A DNA stretch of 64,000 nt from Microbacteriaceae bacterium (GTDB lineage: Bacteria; Actinomycetota; Actinomycetes; Actinomycetales; Microbacteriaceae). The DNA lies in assembly GCA_019638805.1 (NCBI GenBank), contig JAHBTA010000008.1:6835-70834 (forward strand), read 5' to 3'. Below the pieces are notes generated by a model, which was given only the letters and a program-made list of their open reading frames with translations, was not told the origin of the DNA and did no database searches. Below are positions 42,705 through 52,373 of the stretch, in pieces (position 1 is the first letter of the stretch; every line of letters starts with the position of its first letter). The position numbers and the translations under genes were made by a program.

Positions 42705-45137
42705 TCACCGCAGGGCGGGTTCGGATGCCGGGGTCGCCTGTCCGGGACGCGAAAGACTCGAGCCCTCGACATCCACTCGCGGCAGGATGCGGTCCAGCCA
42801 CCGCGGGAGCCACCACGCTGCGTCGCCCGCGAGGTGCATGAGCGCCGGGACGATGAGCATGCGCACCACGAAGGCGTCGAACAGGACGCCGATCGCCATG
42901 CCGAAGCCCAGCGGGCGCACCATCGCGAGGTGCGAGAACACGAAGCCGCCGAAAACCGCGATCATGATGATCGCCGCCGCCGTCACGACGGCCCTGCCGT
43001 TGCGGAACCCGGCCACGACCGCCTGCCGCGCCGGTAGCCCGTGCACGTAGGCCTCGCGCATCCCGGAGACCAGGAACAGCTGGTAGTCCATGGCGAGCCC
43101 GAAGAGCACTCCGATGAGGATCACCGGCGCGAAGTTCAGCACCGGACCCGGATCGTGCACATCGAAGACGCCGCCCAGCCACCCCCATTGGTACACGGCG
43201 ACGACCGCGCCGAACGCGGCGGCGAGCGAGAGCAGGAAGCCCCCGGTCGCCAGGAGCGGGACGAGCAGCGACCGGAACACCACGACCATGATGAGCAGCG
43301 AGAGGCCGACGACGACCGCGAGGTAGGCGGGCAGCGCGTCGGCGAGCTTGGCGGACACGTCGATGTTGCCGCTGGCCTGCCCGGCGACCCCAAGGGTCAC
43401 ACCGTCGGTGGCGGGCTCGAGCGCGCGCAGCTGCGCGACGAGCTGTTCGGTCGACTCGCTGGACGGGCCGTCCGCCGGAACCACCTGGAAGGCGATCAGG
43501 TCGCGATCGTCCGAGACGCCGATGGGCGCCACCGCGACCACGTCGTCCTGGGCCATGAGCTCGTCGGCCAGGTCCGCCTGGGCCGGGAGGACGGCATCCT
43601 CGGCGAGCGGCTCGTCGAACTCGGCGACGACCAGCAGGGCGCCGTTCTGGCCGGCGCCGAACTCCTCGGCGACCGCCGAGTAGGTCTGGTACTGGGTCGA
43701 GTCGACCGGGTCGGATGACCCGTCGGGCAGGCCCAGCCGCATCGACAGGGCGGGGATCGCGATGACGAGCAGCGCGACGGCGGCCACGACCACGGTCGTG
43801 ACGGCCCGCCAGGTGCGCATCGGGCGCACCGGGTGCTCCCGGCGCTCGTCCCCGGATGCGAGCCGCGCGCGGGCGCGCCGCGAGAGCACGCGCTCGCCCG
43901 CGAGCGAGAGCAGCGCGGGCGTCAGAGTCAGCGCGGCCAGCACCGCGATGAGCACGCAGACCGCCCCGACCACGCCCATGACGGCCAGGAACGGGATGCC
44001 CGTGACGCCCAGCGCGAGCAGCGCGATGATCACGGTCGACCCCGCGAACGCGACGGCCGAGCCCGATGTGCCGACCGCCAGCGCGATCGACTCCCGGACC
44101 CCCATGCCGAGCATGAGCTGGCGCCGGTGGCGGTTGAGGATGAAGAGCGCGTAGTCGATGCCGACCGCGAGCCCGAGCATGACACCCAGCACGGGCGTCA
44201 CGGATGACATGTCGACGACCCCCGAGAAGGCCAGCGACCCGCCCACCCCGACTCCGATTCCGGCGAGCGACGAGATCAGCGGGAGGCTCGCGGGCAGCAG
44301 CGAGCCGAGCATGACGACGAGCACGATGCCGGCGATGAGCAGGCCGATGATCTCACCGGGCCCGATGAGGCCGCCGAGCGAGGTGGCGATCTCGCTCGAC
44401 CAGGTCAGGTCGACGCCCGCGATGGAGGCGCCCTCCAGGATCCCGGTGACCTCGGCCTTGGTGGCCGGGTCGAGGTCGTAGATCGAGTCCTCGAACATCA
44501 CGGCGCCGAGGGCCGTCGCGCCGTCCTCGGAGACGGTCCGCAGCTCGCGCGCATCCTCGAGCAGGCGGGTCGCCGCATCCAGCTGCGCGCTCTGCGCGGT
44601 CAGCTCGGCGGCGCCGGCGTCGAGCTCGGCCTGCTGCGCGGCGAATTGCGAGGCGAGCTGGTCGTAGACGCCCGCGGCCTTCGCCTGGGCGACTGCGGCA
44701 TCCAGTTGCGCCTGCCCGCCGTCGAGCTGCTGGCGCGCGGTCGCGAGCTGCTCGAGCCCCGCCTCCAGCTGCTGCTGCTGCGCCGTGCGCTCGGTCTGGG
44801 TCGCGAACGGGTCGATCACCTGGTCGACGCCGTGGACCTCGCCGATCTCCTCGAGAAGGTCGGCGATCTGCTCGCGCTGCTCCGCGTCGAGCGATGACCC
44901 GTCGGCGGTGCGGAAGACGACCGTCCCGGTCGCCCCTCCCGTGCCGGGAAGCGCCTCGGTCAGCCGGTCGGTCACCTGCGCGGTCGCGGTCCCCGGGATG
45001 CTGAAACCGGATGCCAGCGAGCCGCCCCCCAGCAGATACGCGCCGCCCGCGAGCGCGAGGGCCGCGATCCAGGAGGCGACGACGAGCCAGCGGCGGCGCG
45101 CGGAGAACGCGCCGAGGCGGGAGAGGAGCGTGGCCAT
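42705..45137 (-). CDS. MMPL family (RND superfamily) transporter
   Basis: The start is ATG 45137 (MATLLSRLGAFSARRRWLVVASWIAALAL...). The protein has two 6-TM bundles with large extracytoplasmic loops. Confidence 0.88.
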   Translation of the reverse strand: MATLLSRLGAFSARRRWLVVASWIAALALAGGAYLLGGGSLASGFSIPGTATAQVTDRLTEALPGTGGATGTVVFRTADGSSLDAEQREQIADLLEEIGEVHGVDQVIDPFATQTERTAQQQQLEAGLEQLATARQQLDGGQAQLDAAVAQAKAAGVYDQLASQFAAQQAELDAGAAELTAQSAQLDAATRLLEDARELRTVSEDGATALGAVMFEDSIYDLDPATKAEVTGILEGASIAGVDLTWSSEIATSLGGLIGPGEIIGLLIAGIVLVVMLGSLLPASLPLISSLAGIGVGVGGSLAFSGVVDMSSVTPVLGVMLGLAVGIDYALFILNRHRRQLMLGMGVRESIALAVGTSGSAVAFAGSTVIIALLALGVTGIPFLAVMGVVGAVCVLIAVLAALTLTPALLSLAGERVLSRRARARLASGDERREHPVRPMRTWRAVTTVVVAAVALLVIAIPALSMRLGLPDGSSDPVDSTQYQTYSAVAEEFGAGQNGALLVVAEFDEPLAEDAVLPAQADLADELMAQDDVVAVAPIGVSDDRDLIAFQVVPADGPSSESTEQLVAQLRALEPATDGVTLGVAGQASGNIDVSAKLADALPAYLAVVVGLSLLIMVVVFRSLLVPLLATGGFLLSLAAAFGAVVAVYQWGWLGGVFDVHDPGPVLNFAPVILIGVLFGLAMDYQLFLVSGMREAYVHGLPARQAVVAGFRNGRAVVTAAAIIMIAVFGGFVFSHLAMVRPLGFGMAIGVLFDAFVVRMLIVPALMHLAGDAAWWLPRWLDRILPRVDVEGSSLSRPGQATPASEPALR

Positions 45138-45196
45138 GGCGACGCCTTTCGTGCTGTGAGGTGGTCGGCCGGCGCGCCGCTGAGCCGATCGGAGTC

Positions 45197-45216
45197 TATC
45201 CGACAACTGTTGGATA
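45197..45216. promoter_or_regulatory. Imperfect 20-bp palindrome TATCCGACAACTGTTGGATA in the MMPL/TetR divergent gap
   Basis: 16 of 20 positions are self-complementary. An additional inverted pair CCGACAA/TTGTCGG lies nearby (45200-45206/45225-45231). Confidence 0.4.
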
Positions 45217-45301
45217 CAAGGGGTTTGTCGGCAAAGCCCCAGGTAGGGGGTCGCCGTGGGTGCTCGGCCGGAGCGCAGGCGCGGAATGCCAGAATCGGGG
45301 G

Positions 45302-45865
45302 ATGGATCCCCGGATCGCGCGGACCCGGCGCAGCCTGCAGGAGGCCCTGCTCGAGCTGGCCCGCGAGCGCGAGCTGGACGACATCTCGGTCGGCGACGTC
45401 GCCGAGCGCGCGGGCGTGAACCGCAGCAGCTTCTATCAGCACTACGCCGACAAGGAGACCCTGCTCGCCGACGCCCTGGACAGCGCCGCCGAGGCCGCGG
45501 GCGCCGACCTGCCGAGCCTTCACGACACCCCTCCCGAACCGCCCGAGGTGCTCGTGCGATACCTGCGCCACCTGGAGTCCAACGCGACCCTGTACCGGCG
45601 GGTGCTCGGCGAGCACGGCTCCGCGGTCGCGGTCGCGCGGCTGCGCACCCGGCTCGAGGCCGTCGTCACCGAGGGGCTCGCGCGCGCCGAGCCCACCGGG
45701 TTCTACGGCGACCTGCCGCGCGACGTGGTCGCGGCCGGGGTGGCCGGATCCGTGCTGGGCGTGCTCGGCGTGTGGCTCAAACGTGAACCGCGACCGGATG
45801 CCGAGGTCGCCGCGCGCTGGATGTGGCGCGTGCTGCTGGGGCCCTCGGCGGGCGCGGCGGGTTAG
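45302..45865 (+). CDS. TetR family transcriptional regulator
   Basis: The start is ATG 45302. The protein reads MDPRIARTRRSLQEALLELARERELDDISVGDVAERAGVNRSSFYQHYADKETLL.... Confidence 0.88.
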   Translation: MDPRIARTRRSLQEALLELARERELDDISVGDVAERAGVNRSSFYQHYADKETLLADALDSAAEAAGADLPSLHDTPPEPPEVLVRYLRHLESNATLYRRVLGEHGSAVAVARLRTRLEAVVTEGLARAEPTGFYGDLPRDVVAAGVAGSVLGVLGVWLKREPRPDAEVAARWMWRVLLGPSAGAAG

Positions 45866-46779
45866 CCCGCCGGGCGCCCGGGCGCCTCGACGGACTCGTC
45901 GATCGGTACCGTCGCCCGCGCGGCGGCCTTTCGCGTGACCAGGTACGAGCCGGCCAGCACGAGAGCGAAGCCCACCACGGTCCACACCGTGATGCGCTCC
46001 CCCAGCACGAGGGCGCCCGCGAGCACGGCGATCGCCGGGTTCACGTAGGTGATGGTCGACATGCGCACCGGGCCGATCTCGGCGACGAGCGTGAACATGA
46101 CGACGAACGCGAGCGCCGAGCACAGCACCGCGAGCCCCACGATCGACCAGATCGCCGCGGCCGAGGGCACCTCGGTGGGCCACCCGCCGAAGGCCGTGAC
46201 GACGGGCACGAAGACCAGTCCGGTAATGCCGAGCGACACCGCGACAACGCCCACACCGGGCAGGTCGGACAGCCAGCGCGCCATGATCGCCGGCCCCACC
46301 GCGTAGCTGACCGCCACGACGCCCACCTGGGCGACGGCGAGCAGGTTCGATCCCCCGACGTCGAGGCCGACGATCGCGGCCACGCCCGCCATGCCCAGGA
46401 CGATCCCGAGCCAGTTGCCCGCGGACAGCCGCTCGGGGCGACCGAAGAAGAAGACCACCACGAGCGCCACGAGCGGCACCGCCGCGAGCAGCAGCCCGGC
46501 GGTCGAACTGGGCAGCCGGGTCTCGGCCGTGGTCAGGAAGAACTGCGCGAGCACGAGCTCGAAGAGCGTGAAGATCAGAAGCGGCCGCCAACGTCGCAGC
46601 ACGGGCAGCACCTGCTTGCGGGCGAGAGCGAGCGGCAGCAGAACGACGGCCCCGAGGGCGCAGCGGGCGAACACCACGAAGGTCGGGTCCAGTTCCTCCA
46701 CCGCGATCTTGATGAAGAGGTACGGCACGCCCCAGGCGATGGCCAGCACGGCGTAGAGCAGCGCACCGCGACCGGTCAT
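45862..46779 (-). CDS. DMT superfamily (EamA-like) transporter
   Basis: The start is ATG 46779. The protein reads MTGRGALLYAVLAIAWGVPYLFIKIAVEELDPTFVVFARCALGAVVLLPL.... It has ten predicted helices. Confidence 0.85.
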   Translation of the reverse strand: MTGRGALLYAVLAIAWGVPYLFIKIAVEELDPTFVVFARCALGAVVLLPLALARKQVLPVLRRWRPLLIFTLFELVLAQFFLTTAETRLPSSTAGLLLAAVPLVALVVVFFFGRPERLSAGNWLGIVLGMAGVAAIVGLDVGGSNLLAVAQVGVVAVSYAVGPAIMARWLSDLPGVGVVAVSLGITGLVFVPVVTAFGGWPTEVPSAAAIWSIVGLAVLCSALAFVVMFTLVAEIGPVRMSTITYVNPAIAVLAGALVLGERITVWTVVGFALVLAGSYLVTRKAAARATVPIDESVEAPGRPAG

Positions 46780-46799
46780 CCCGTCATCCTCGCACCCGG

Positions 46800-47891
46800 C
46801 TACGACATCTCGCCGGACAGCCGCGCCCCCGCCGCCTCGAGCCAGCGCGCGGGCTCGCCGCGCGCCGCGTCCCGCGACCCGGCGAGCTCGACGAGGGATG
46901 CCGCGGCCACCCCCGCATCGATGGCCACCTCCCCCGCGATCACGCCCGCGATCACGCCCGCCGTGCGGGCCGCCGACAGCACCTCCCCCACGACCTTCCC
47001 GCCGAGACTCGTCGCGTCGAAGCGCCCCTCCCCGGTGACGACCGCGTCGGCGCCGGACAGCGCCGCGGTCAGACCGGTGAGCTCCGCGATCGTGCGGGCG
47101 CCCGGGACGACCTCGGCGCCCCAGGCCTGCGCGAGCCCGAAGGCCGTGCCCCCGGCGGCTCCCGTTCCCGGTGCCGCGGTGTCGGCCGCGCTCGCGCCGA
47201 GCGCGCCGGCGAAGCGCTCCAGGCCGTGCTCGAGCTCGGCGATCTGCGCGGGGGACGCGCCCTTCTGCGGCCCGAAGACCGCGGCAGCGCCGCCCGGGCC
47301 GATCAGCGGCGCGGTCACATCGCACAGCAGGCGCACCCCGCCGGGCGGGGGCGGAAGCAGTCCCGAGCGGTCGGCGGTCGCCACCCGCAGAAGCCCGGCG
47401 CCTCCGGGCGGCACTGCTGCGCCATCGGCATCGCGTAGCGAGAGCCCGAGCGCCTCGAGCGCCCCCGCGCCCCCGTCGGTCGAGGCCGAGCCGCCCAGGC
47501 CCACCACGATCGAGCGAGCCCCGTCGGCGAGCGCGCGGGCCATGACCTCGCCGAGACCGCGCGTGGTGGCGCCCATCGGGTCCGGCTCCGCCATGAGCGG
47601 CAGGCCCGAGGTGACCGCCAGTTCGACGACGGCCGTGCCGTCCGGCAGCGCGAGGTACCACGCGGGCCGGGGCGCGCCGTCCGGACCGGTGGCGACCCCG
47701 GCATCCACGATGCGGGCACCGGGAACCGACGCGGCCATGACCGCGATGGTGCCCTCGCCCCCGTCCGCCTGGGGTAGCAGAACGAGATCGTCGCCGGGGC
47801 GCACCGACCGCCAGCCGCGTGCGATCGCCTCCGCGGCATCCGGGGCGTCGATCGTGCCCTTCAACGAGTCGGGGGCGATGAGCACTCTCAC
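46800..47891 (-). CDS. glxK: Glycerate kinase
   Basis: The protein reads VRVLIAPDSLKGTIDAPDAAEAIARGW...LPQADGGEGT...GLGGSASTDGGAGALEALG.... I chose GTG 47891. The track ORF starts 9 nt further upstream, at 47900. Confidence 0.85.
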   Translation of the reverse strand: MRVLIAPDSLKGTIDAPDAAEAIARGWRSVRPGDDLVLLPQADGGEGTIAVMAASVPGARIVDAGVATGPDGAPRPAWYLALPDGTAVVELAVTSGLPLMAEPDPMGATTRGLGEVMARALADGARSIVVGLGGSASTDGGAGALEALGLSLRDADGAAVPPGGAGLLRVATADRSGLLPPPPGGVRLLCDVTAPLIGPGGAAAVFGPQKGASPAQIAELEHGLERFAGALGASAADTAAPGTGAAGGTAFGLAQAWGAEVVPGARTIAELTGLTAALSGADAVVTGEGRFDATSLGGKVVGEVLSAARTAGVIAGVIAGEVAIDAGVAAASLVELAGSRDAARGEPARWLEAAGARLSGEMS

Positions 47892-47914
47892 GCCCGCCAC
47901 GATATCGGCCGCGC

Positions 47915-48628
47915 ATGCGCGAGGATGGGCGGGTGCAGGCCGACGAGCGCGCGGCGTCCCAGACGCTGGATCGCGGGCTCCGCATCCTCGATGTCATCGC
48001 GGAGGCGGACCGTCCGCTGAGCATCGCCGAGGTCGCGGCGGGCATCGGCGTGCACCGCTCGATCGCCTACCGCCTGGTGCGCACGCTGGAGGATCGCGGC
48101 CTCGTGGTGCGCGACGACGCCGGGTCGCTGAGCATCGGCCCGCACGTGGCGGCCCTCGCGCGCAGCGTCGCGTCGGATCTGCAGAGCGCCGCCGCGCCCG
48201 AGCTGCGCGCGCTGGCCGACGCGCTCGAGATGACCTCGTTCCTGGTCGTGCTGGACGGCAGCGAGTGCGTCACGCTCACCTCGGCGCAGCCGCGCGCCAT
48301 GGTCGCGAGCATCGCGCAGCGGCCGGGAACGCGGCACTCGGCCGCCCTGGGGGCGACCGGCACCGCCCTGCAGACCCTGCTCTCGCCCGCGGATCGCGCG
48401 GCGCACGGGCTCGAGGAGTCCGAGCCCGAGACGGTCGTTCGCGCGCGGGCCGACGGGTACGCGGTCACGCGCAGCGAGGTCATCCCCGGAGTGACGGCCG
48501 TCGCGGCCCCGGTGGTGTGGGCCTACCCAGCAGCGATCGCGGTCATGTTCGTCGACACCGACGACGTGGATGCGGTGGGCGCCCGCGTCCGCGACTCGGC
48601 GCTCGCGATCTCCCGCGGCATCCGCTGA
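47915..48628 (+). CDS. IclR family transcriptional regulator
   Basis: The sequence reads ...SQTLDRGLRILDVIAEADRPLSIAEVAAGIGVHRSIAYRLVRTLEDRGLVVRD.... Confidence 0.88.
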   Translation: MREDGRVQADERAASQTLDRGLRILDVIAEADRPLSIAEVAAGIGVHRSIAYRLVRTLEDRGLVVRDDAGSLSIGPHVAALARSVASDLQSAAAPELRALADALEMTSFLVVLDGSECVTLTSAQPRAMVASIAQRPGTRHSAALGATGTALQTLLSPADRAAHGLEESEPETVVRARADGYAVTRSEVIPGVTAVAAPVVWAYPAAIAVMFVDTDDVDAVGARVRDSALAISRGIR

Positions 48629-48668
48629 CGGCCATTGCCCGTGGGCCGCGGCACCCGTATCATGTGAC

Positions 48669-48706
48669 TGTTCCGATATCAGGAACACCCGTTCTATATC
48701 CGAACG
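48669..48706. promoter_or_regulatory. Two adjacent GTTC-N7..9-GAAC inverted repeats upstream of the monooxygenase gene; candidate IclR operator/promoter
   Basis: The repeats are TGTTCCGATATCAGGAACA (48669-48687) and CGTTCTATATCCGAACG (48690-48706). Their AT-rich centres could double as -10 elements. Confidence 0.45.
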
Positions 48707-48730
48707 TTGCGACGCGACGCGGAGGTCCCG

Positions 48731-50623
48731 ATGCAGCAGTTCCATCACCTGGGCTACGTCGTGGGCGACCCGCGCATCGAGCCGGCCGCCGGGACCGGGA
48801 TCGACCGCCCCGAGGAGCTGCCCGACGAGGTCGACGTGCTCATCGTCGGCACCGGCCCGGCGGGCATGATCACGGCCGCGCAGCTCGCGCAGTTCCCCTC
48901 GGTCACGACGCGCATAGTCGACCGCAGGCCCACCGCGCTCGAGGTGGGGCAGGCCGACGGCATCCAGGCCCGCAGCGTCGAGACCTTCCAGGCGTTCGGG
49001 TTCGCGGGGCGCATCGTCGACGAGGCCTTCGACCAGACCGAGATGGTGTTCTGGAAGCCCGATTCGGACGACCCGGCGCGCATCGTGCGCACCTCCCGCA
49101 CGCCCGACGACCCGCACGGGGTGAGCGAGTTCCCGCACCTGCTGGTCAACCAGGCGCGCGTGCTGGCCTACTTCGCCGAGTGGATGGAGCACTCCCCGAC
49201 CCGCATGACACCCGACTACGGGTGGGAGTTCCTGGGCCTCGAGGTCGGCGAGGGCGACCACCCGGTGCAGGTGCGCCTGGTGCGCACCGCCGGCCCGGAC
49301 GAGGGCGCCGAGCGCACCATCCGCGCGCGCTACGTGGTCGGGGCCGACGGCGCCCGCAGCGCCGTGCGCGAGTCCATCGGCCTGAAGCTCAGCGGCGCGC
49401 AGGCCAACCACGCCTGGGGCGTCATGGACGTCCTGGCCGAGACCGACTTCCCCGACATCCGCCTGAAGGCCGCGATCCAGTCGCAGCACGCCGGCCAGAT
49501 CCTGCTCATCCCGCGCGAGGGCGGGCACCTGTTCCGCATGTACGTCGACCTGGGCGAGGTGATCGAGGGGCAGGAGAAGGCGGTGCGCGCCACCACGATC
49601 GAGCAGGTCATCGCGCGCGCGCAGGAGATCATGCGGCCCTTCGCGCTCGACGTGCGCCACGTCGCCTGGAACAGCGTCTACGAGGTGGGCCACCGGCTCA
49701 CGCCGCGCTTCGACGACGTGCCGCCCGAGGAGCGCGGCGAGCGCACACCGCGGGTCTTCATCGCCGGGGACGCCTGCCACACCCACAGCGCCAAGGCCGG
49801 TCAGGGTATGAACGTCTCGATGCAGGACGGCTGGAACCTGGGCTGGCGACTCGGGCACGTGCTCGACGGCCGGGCCTCCGAGCGGCTGCTGACCGGGTAT
49901 TCCGACGAGCGCCAGGTCATCGCGCAGGACCTCATCGACTTCGACCGGCAGTGGTCGACCCTCATGGCGACGCACCCGGAGGAGCTCTCACCCGGCGAGC
50001 TCGAGGACTTCTACGTGCGCACCTCGGAGTTCCCGGCCGGCTTCCGCACCGAGTACCCGCCCTCGCGCGTCGTGGGCGAGGCGACGCACCAGGAGCTCGC
50101 GACCGGCTTCCCGGTCGGCAAGCGCTTCAAGTCGGCGCGCGTCACGCGCGTGTGCGACGCCAACACCGTCCACCTGGGCCACCTGGCCCGCGCGGACGGC
50201 AGGTGGCGCCTGTACGTCTTCGCCCCGTCCGGCGAGGATGCGACCCGCCGCCTCGCAGACTTTGCCGGCTGGCTGGGTGGCGATCCGCGATCCCCCCTCG
50301 CGGCCACCCCGGAGGGCGAGCCGACCGACGCGTGGTTCGACGCCAAGGTGATCTACCCGCAGACCTACACCGAGGTGGACCTGCTGGGTGCCCCCGAGGT
50401 GTTCCGGCCGCGCGTGGGGCCGTGGCGGCTCCTCGACCTCGAGAAGGTGTTCGCGGCGCTGCCGGACGAGGACATCTTCGAGCAGCGCGGTATCTCGCGC
50501 GACGGCGCCGTGGTCGTGGTGCGCCCCGACCAGTACGTCGCGCACGTGCTGCCGCTCACGGCGACCGACGAGCTCGGAGCGTTCTTCGCGGGAGTGCGGG
50601 GCGAGGTGCCGGCGCGGGCCTGA
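48731..50623 (+). CDS. FAD-dependent aromatic-ring monooxygenase (PheA/TfdB / phenol 2-monooxygenase-like, with C-terminal thioredoxin-like domain)
   Basis: ATG 48731 has GGAGG upstream. The FAD-binding sequence reads ...VDVLIVGTGPAGMITAAQLA.... Later motifs are ...YVVGADGARSAVRESIG... and ...FIAGDACHTHSAKAGQGMNVSMQDGWNLGWRL.... Confidence 0.88.
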   Translation: MQQFHHLGYVVGDPRIEPAAGTGIDRPEELPDEVDVLIVGTGPAGMITAAQLAQFPSVTTRIVDRRPTALEVGQADGIQARSVETFQAFGFAGRIVDEAFDQTEMVFWKPDSDDPARIVRTSRTPDDPHGVSEFPHLLVNQARVLAYFAEWMEHSPTRMTPDYGWEFLGLEVGEGDHPVQVRLVRTAGPDEGAERTIRARYVVGADGARSAVRESIGLKLSGAQANHAWGVMDVLAETDFPDIRLKAAIQSQHAGQILLIPREGGHLFRMYVDLGEVIEGQEKAVRATTIEQVIARAQEIMRPFALDVRHVAWNSVYEVGHRLTPRFDDVPPEERGERTPRVFIAGDACHTHSAKAGQGMNVSMQDGWNLGWRLGHVLDGRASERLLTGYSDERQVIAQDLIDFDRQWSTLMATHPEELSPGELEDFYVRTSEFPAGFRTEYPPSRVVGEATHQELATGFPVGKRFKSARVTRVCDANTVHLGHLARADGRWRLYVFAPSGEDATRRLADFAGWLGGDPRSPLAATPEGEPTDAWFDAKVIYPQTYTEVDLLGAPEVFRPRVGPWRLLDLEKVFAALPDEDIFEQRGISRDGAVVVVRPDQYVAHVLPLTATDELGAFFAGVRGEVPARA

Positions 50624-50680
50624 CCCGCGCTGCCCTGCGACGGCTCGGCGGTGCGGCTCCGGCGATATGATCGCCGCATC

Positions 50681-52360
50681 ATGTCGCTGGGCGCCCGCAT
50701 CCTCGAGTTGCTGCCGGGCCGCTCCGACTACGCGGCGCTTCGCCGCACCTGGCGCGGCGACCTTCTCGCCGGGCTCACGGTCGGCATCGTCGCGCTGCCG
50801 CTCGCGCTCGGGTTCGGCATCTCGTCGGGCGCCGGCGCCGAGGCGGGGCTCATCACCGCGATCGTGGCGGGCGTGCTGGCAGCGGTCTTCGGCGGGTCGA
50901 ACGTGCAGGTGTCCGGGCCGACCGGGGCCATGGTCGTCGTGCTCGCCCCGATCGTCGCGACCTACGGCCTGGGCGCGGTCGCGCTGGTCACCGTCATGGG
51001 CGGGGTCATCGTGCTGCTGGCGGGCGTGCTGAGGCTCGGGCGCGCGGCCTCGTACATCCCGTGGCCGGTCATCGAGGGCTTCACGCTCGGGATCGCGGTC
51101 ATCATCTTCCTGCAGCAGGTGCCGGCGCTCACGACGCCGGGGTCGCATCCGGCATCGCATGACAACGTCGTGCTGACGGCCGCGCGATCCCTGCTCGAGG
51201 CCGACCCCGGATACCTGCTGTGGTCCCTCGGCGCCGTCGCCCTGGTGGCGGCCGCCATGTACCTGCTGCCGCTCCTTCACCCGGCCGTCCCGGCATCCCT
51301 CACGGGCATCGTCGTGGTCACGGTGCTCGCGCTCCTGATCGGTGCGCCCCTGGCCGACATCGGGGAGCTGCCGCACGGCCTGCCCCCGCTCGAACTGCCC
51401 GTCATGGATGCCGCTACCGCGCTCGCGCTCGTCGGTCCCGCCGCGACCGTGGCGGCCCTCGCCGCCATCGAATCGCTCCTGTCGGCGCGGGTCGCGACGT
51501 CGCTGGCCGACACCGGCCCCTACGATCCGGACCGCGAGCTCGTCGGGCAGGGCCTCGCCTCGATCGGCGCCGGCCTGTTCGGCGGCATGCCCGCGACCGG
51601 CGCGATCGCCCGCACCGCGGTCAACGTGCGTGCGGGCGGGCGCTCCCGGCTCGCCGCCGTCGTGCACGCGCTCGTGCTGCTGGTCGTCGTGCTCGTCGCG
51701 GCGGGGCCGGTCGGGCAGGTACCGCTCGCGGCGCTCTCGGGCGTGCTCATGGTCACGGCGATCCGCATGGTGCACGCGCGCACCGCGGGCGCGATCCTGC
51801 GCTCGACACGCGCCGACGCCGCGGCGTTCATCATCACCGCGATCGTCACGGTCTCGGTCGATCTGATCGTCGCGGTCGCCATCGGCATGGTGGTCGCCGG
51901 GGTCTTCGCGCTGCGTGCGCTGGCCCGCACGACGCGCGTGAGCCGTCAGCCCATCACGGTCGAGCCGGACCCGTCCGACGAGCGCGTCGCGATCCTGCGC
52001 ATCGACGGGCCGCTGTTCTTCGCGGCCGCGGACAGCGTGCTCGACACCGCGCTCGAGGTGGAGGGCGTCTCGGTCGTCATCCTGCGGCTGTCGCAGGTGG
52101 AGAGCCTGGACGCGACGGGCGCGCACGTGCTGAGCGAGATCGTGCACCGGCTCGAGGCTCGCGGCATCACGGTGCTCATCAAGGGCGTGCGCGAGCAGCA
52201 CAGCAGGCTGCTGCAGACCGTGGGCGTGCTCGGGGCGCTGCGCCACGAGGCGCATCTGTTCGACGACCTCGACGCCGCGATCGAGCACGCGCGCAGCCAC
52301 GTGCGGCGCGCGGCGGGCGCGAGCCCGCGGGCCGACCCGCGGGCCGAGGAGGCCGGGTAG
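50681..52360 (+). CDS. SulP family anion transporter with C-terminal STAS domain
   Basis: The start is ATG 50681. The protein reads MSLGARILELLPGRSDYAALRRTWRGDLLAGLTVGIVALPLALGFGISSGA.... The STAS domain reads ...VAILRIDGPLFFAAADSVLD.... Confidence 0.9.
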   Translation: MSLGARILELLPGRSDYAALRRTWRGDLLAGLTVGIVALPLALGFGISSGAGAEAGLITAIVAGVLAAVFGGSNVQVSGPTGAMVVVLAPIVATYGLGAVALVTVMGGVIVLLAGVLRLGRAASYIPWPVIEGFTLGIAVIIFLQQVPALTTPGSHPASHDNVVLTAARSLLEADPGYLLWSLGAVALVAAAMYLLPLLHPAVPASLTGIVVVTVLALLIGAPLADIGELPHGLPPLELPVMDAATALALVGPAATVAALAAIESLLSARVATSLADTGPYDPDRELVGQGLASIGAGLFGGMPATGAIARTAVNVRAGGRSRLAAVVHALVLLVVVLVAAGPVGQVPLAALSGVLMVTAIRMVHARTAGAILRSTRADAAAFIITAIVTVSVDLIVAVAIGMVVAGVFALRALARTTRVSRQPITVEPDPSDERVAILRIDGPLFFAAADSVLDTALEVEGVSVVILRLSQVESLDATGAHVLSEIVHRLEARGITVLIKGVREQHSRLLQTVGVLGALRHEAHLFDDLDAAIEHARSHVRRAAGASPRADPRAEEAG

Positions 52361-52373
52361 GCCGAGGTCCGCC

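Noticed and set aside
46780-48045. Upstream 422 codons of track ORF 45862..48045
   Set aside because: This part is out of frame with the glycerate kinase gene. The DMT transporter begins at ATG 46779.
45823-50670. 1615-aa + strand ORF, the largest in the track
   Set aside because: It runs antisense to the DMT and glycerate kinase genes, and out of frame with the IclR and monooxygenase genes. Its composition is an Arg/Gly/Pro/Ala shadow.
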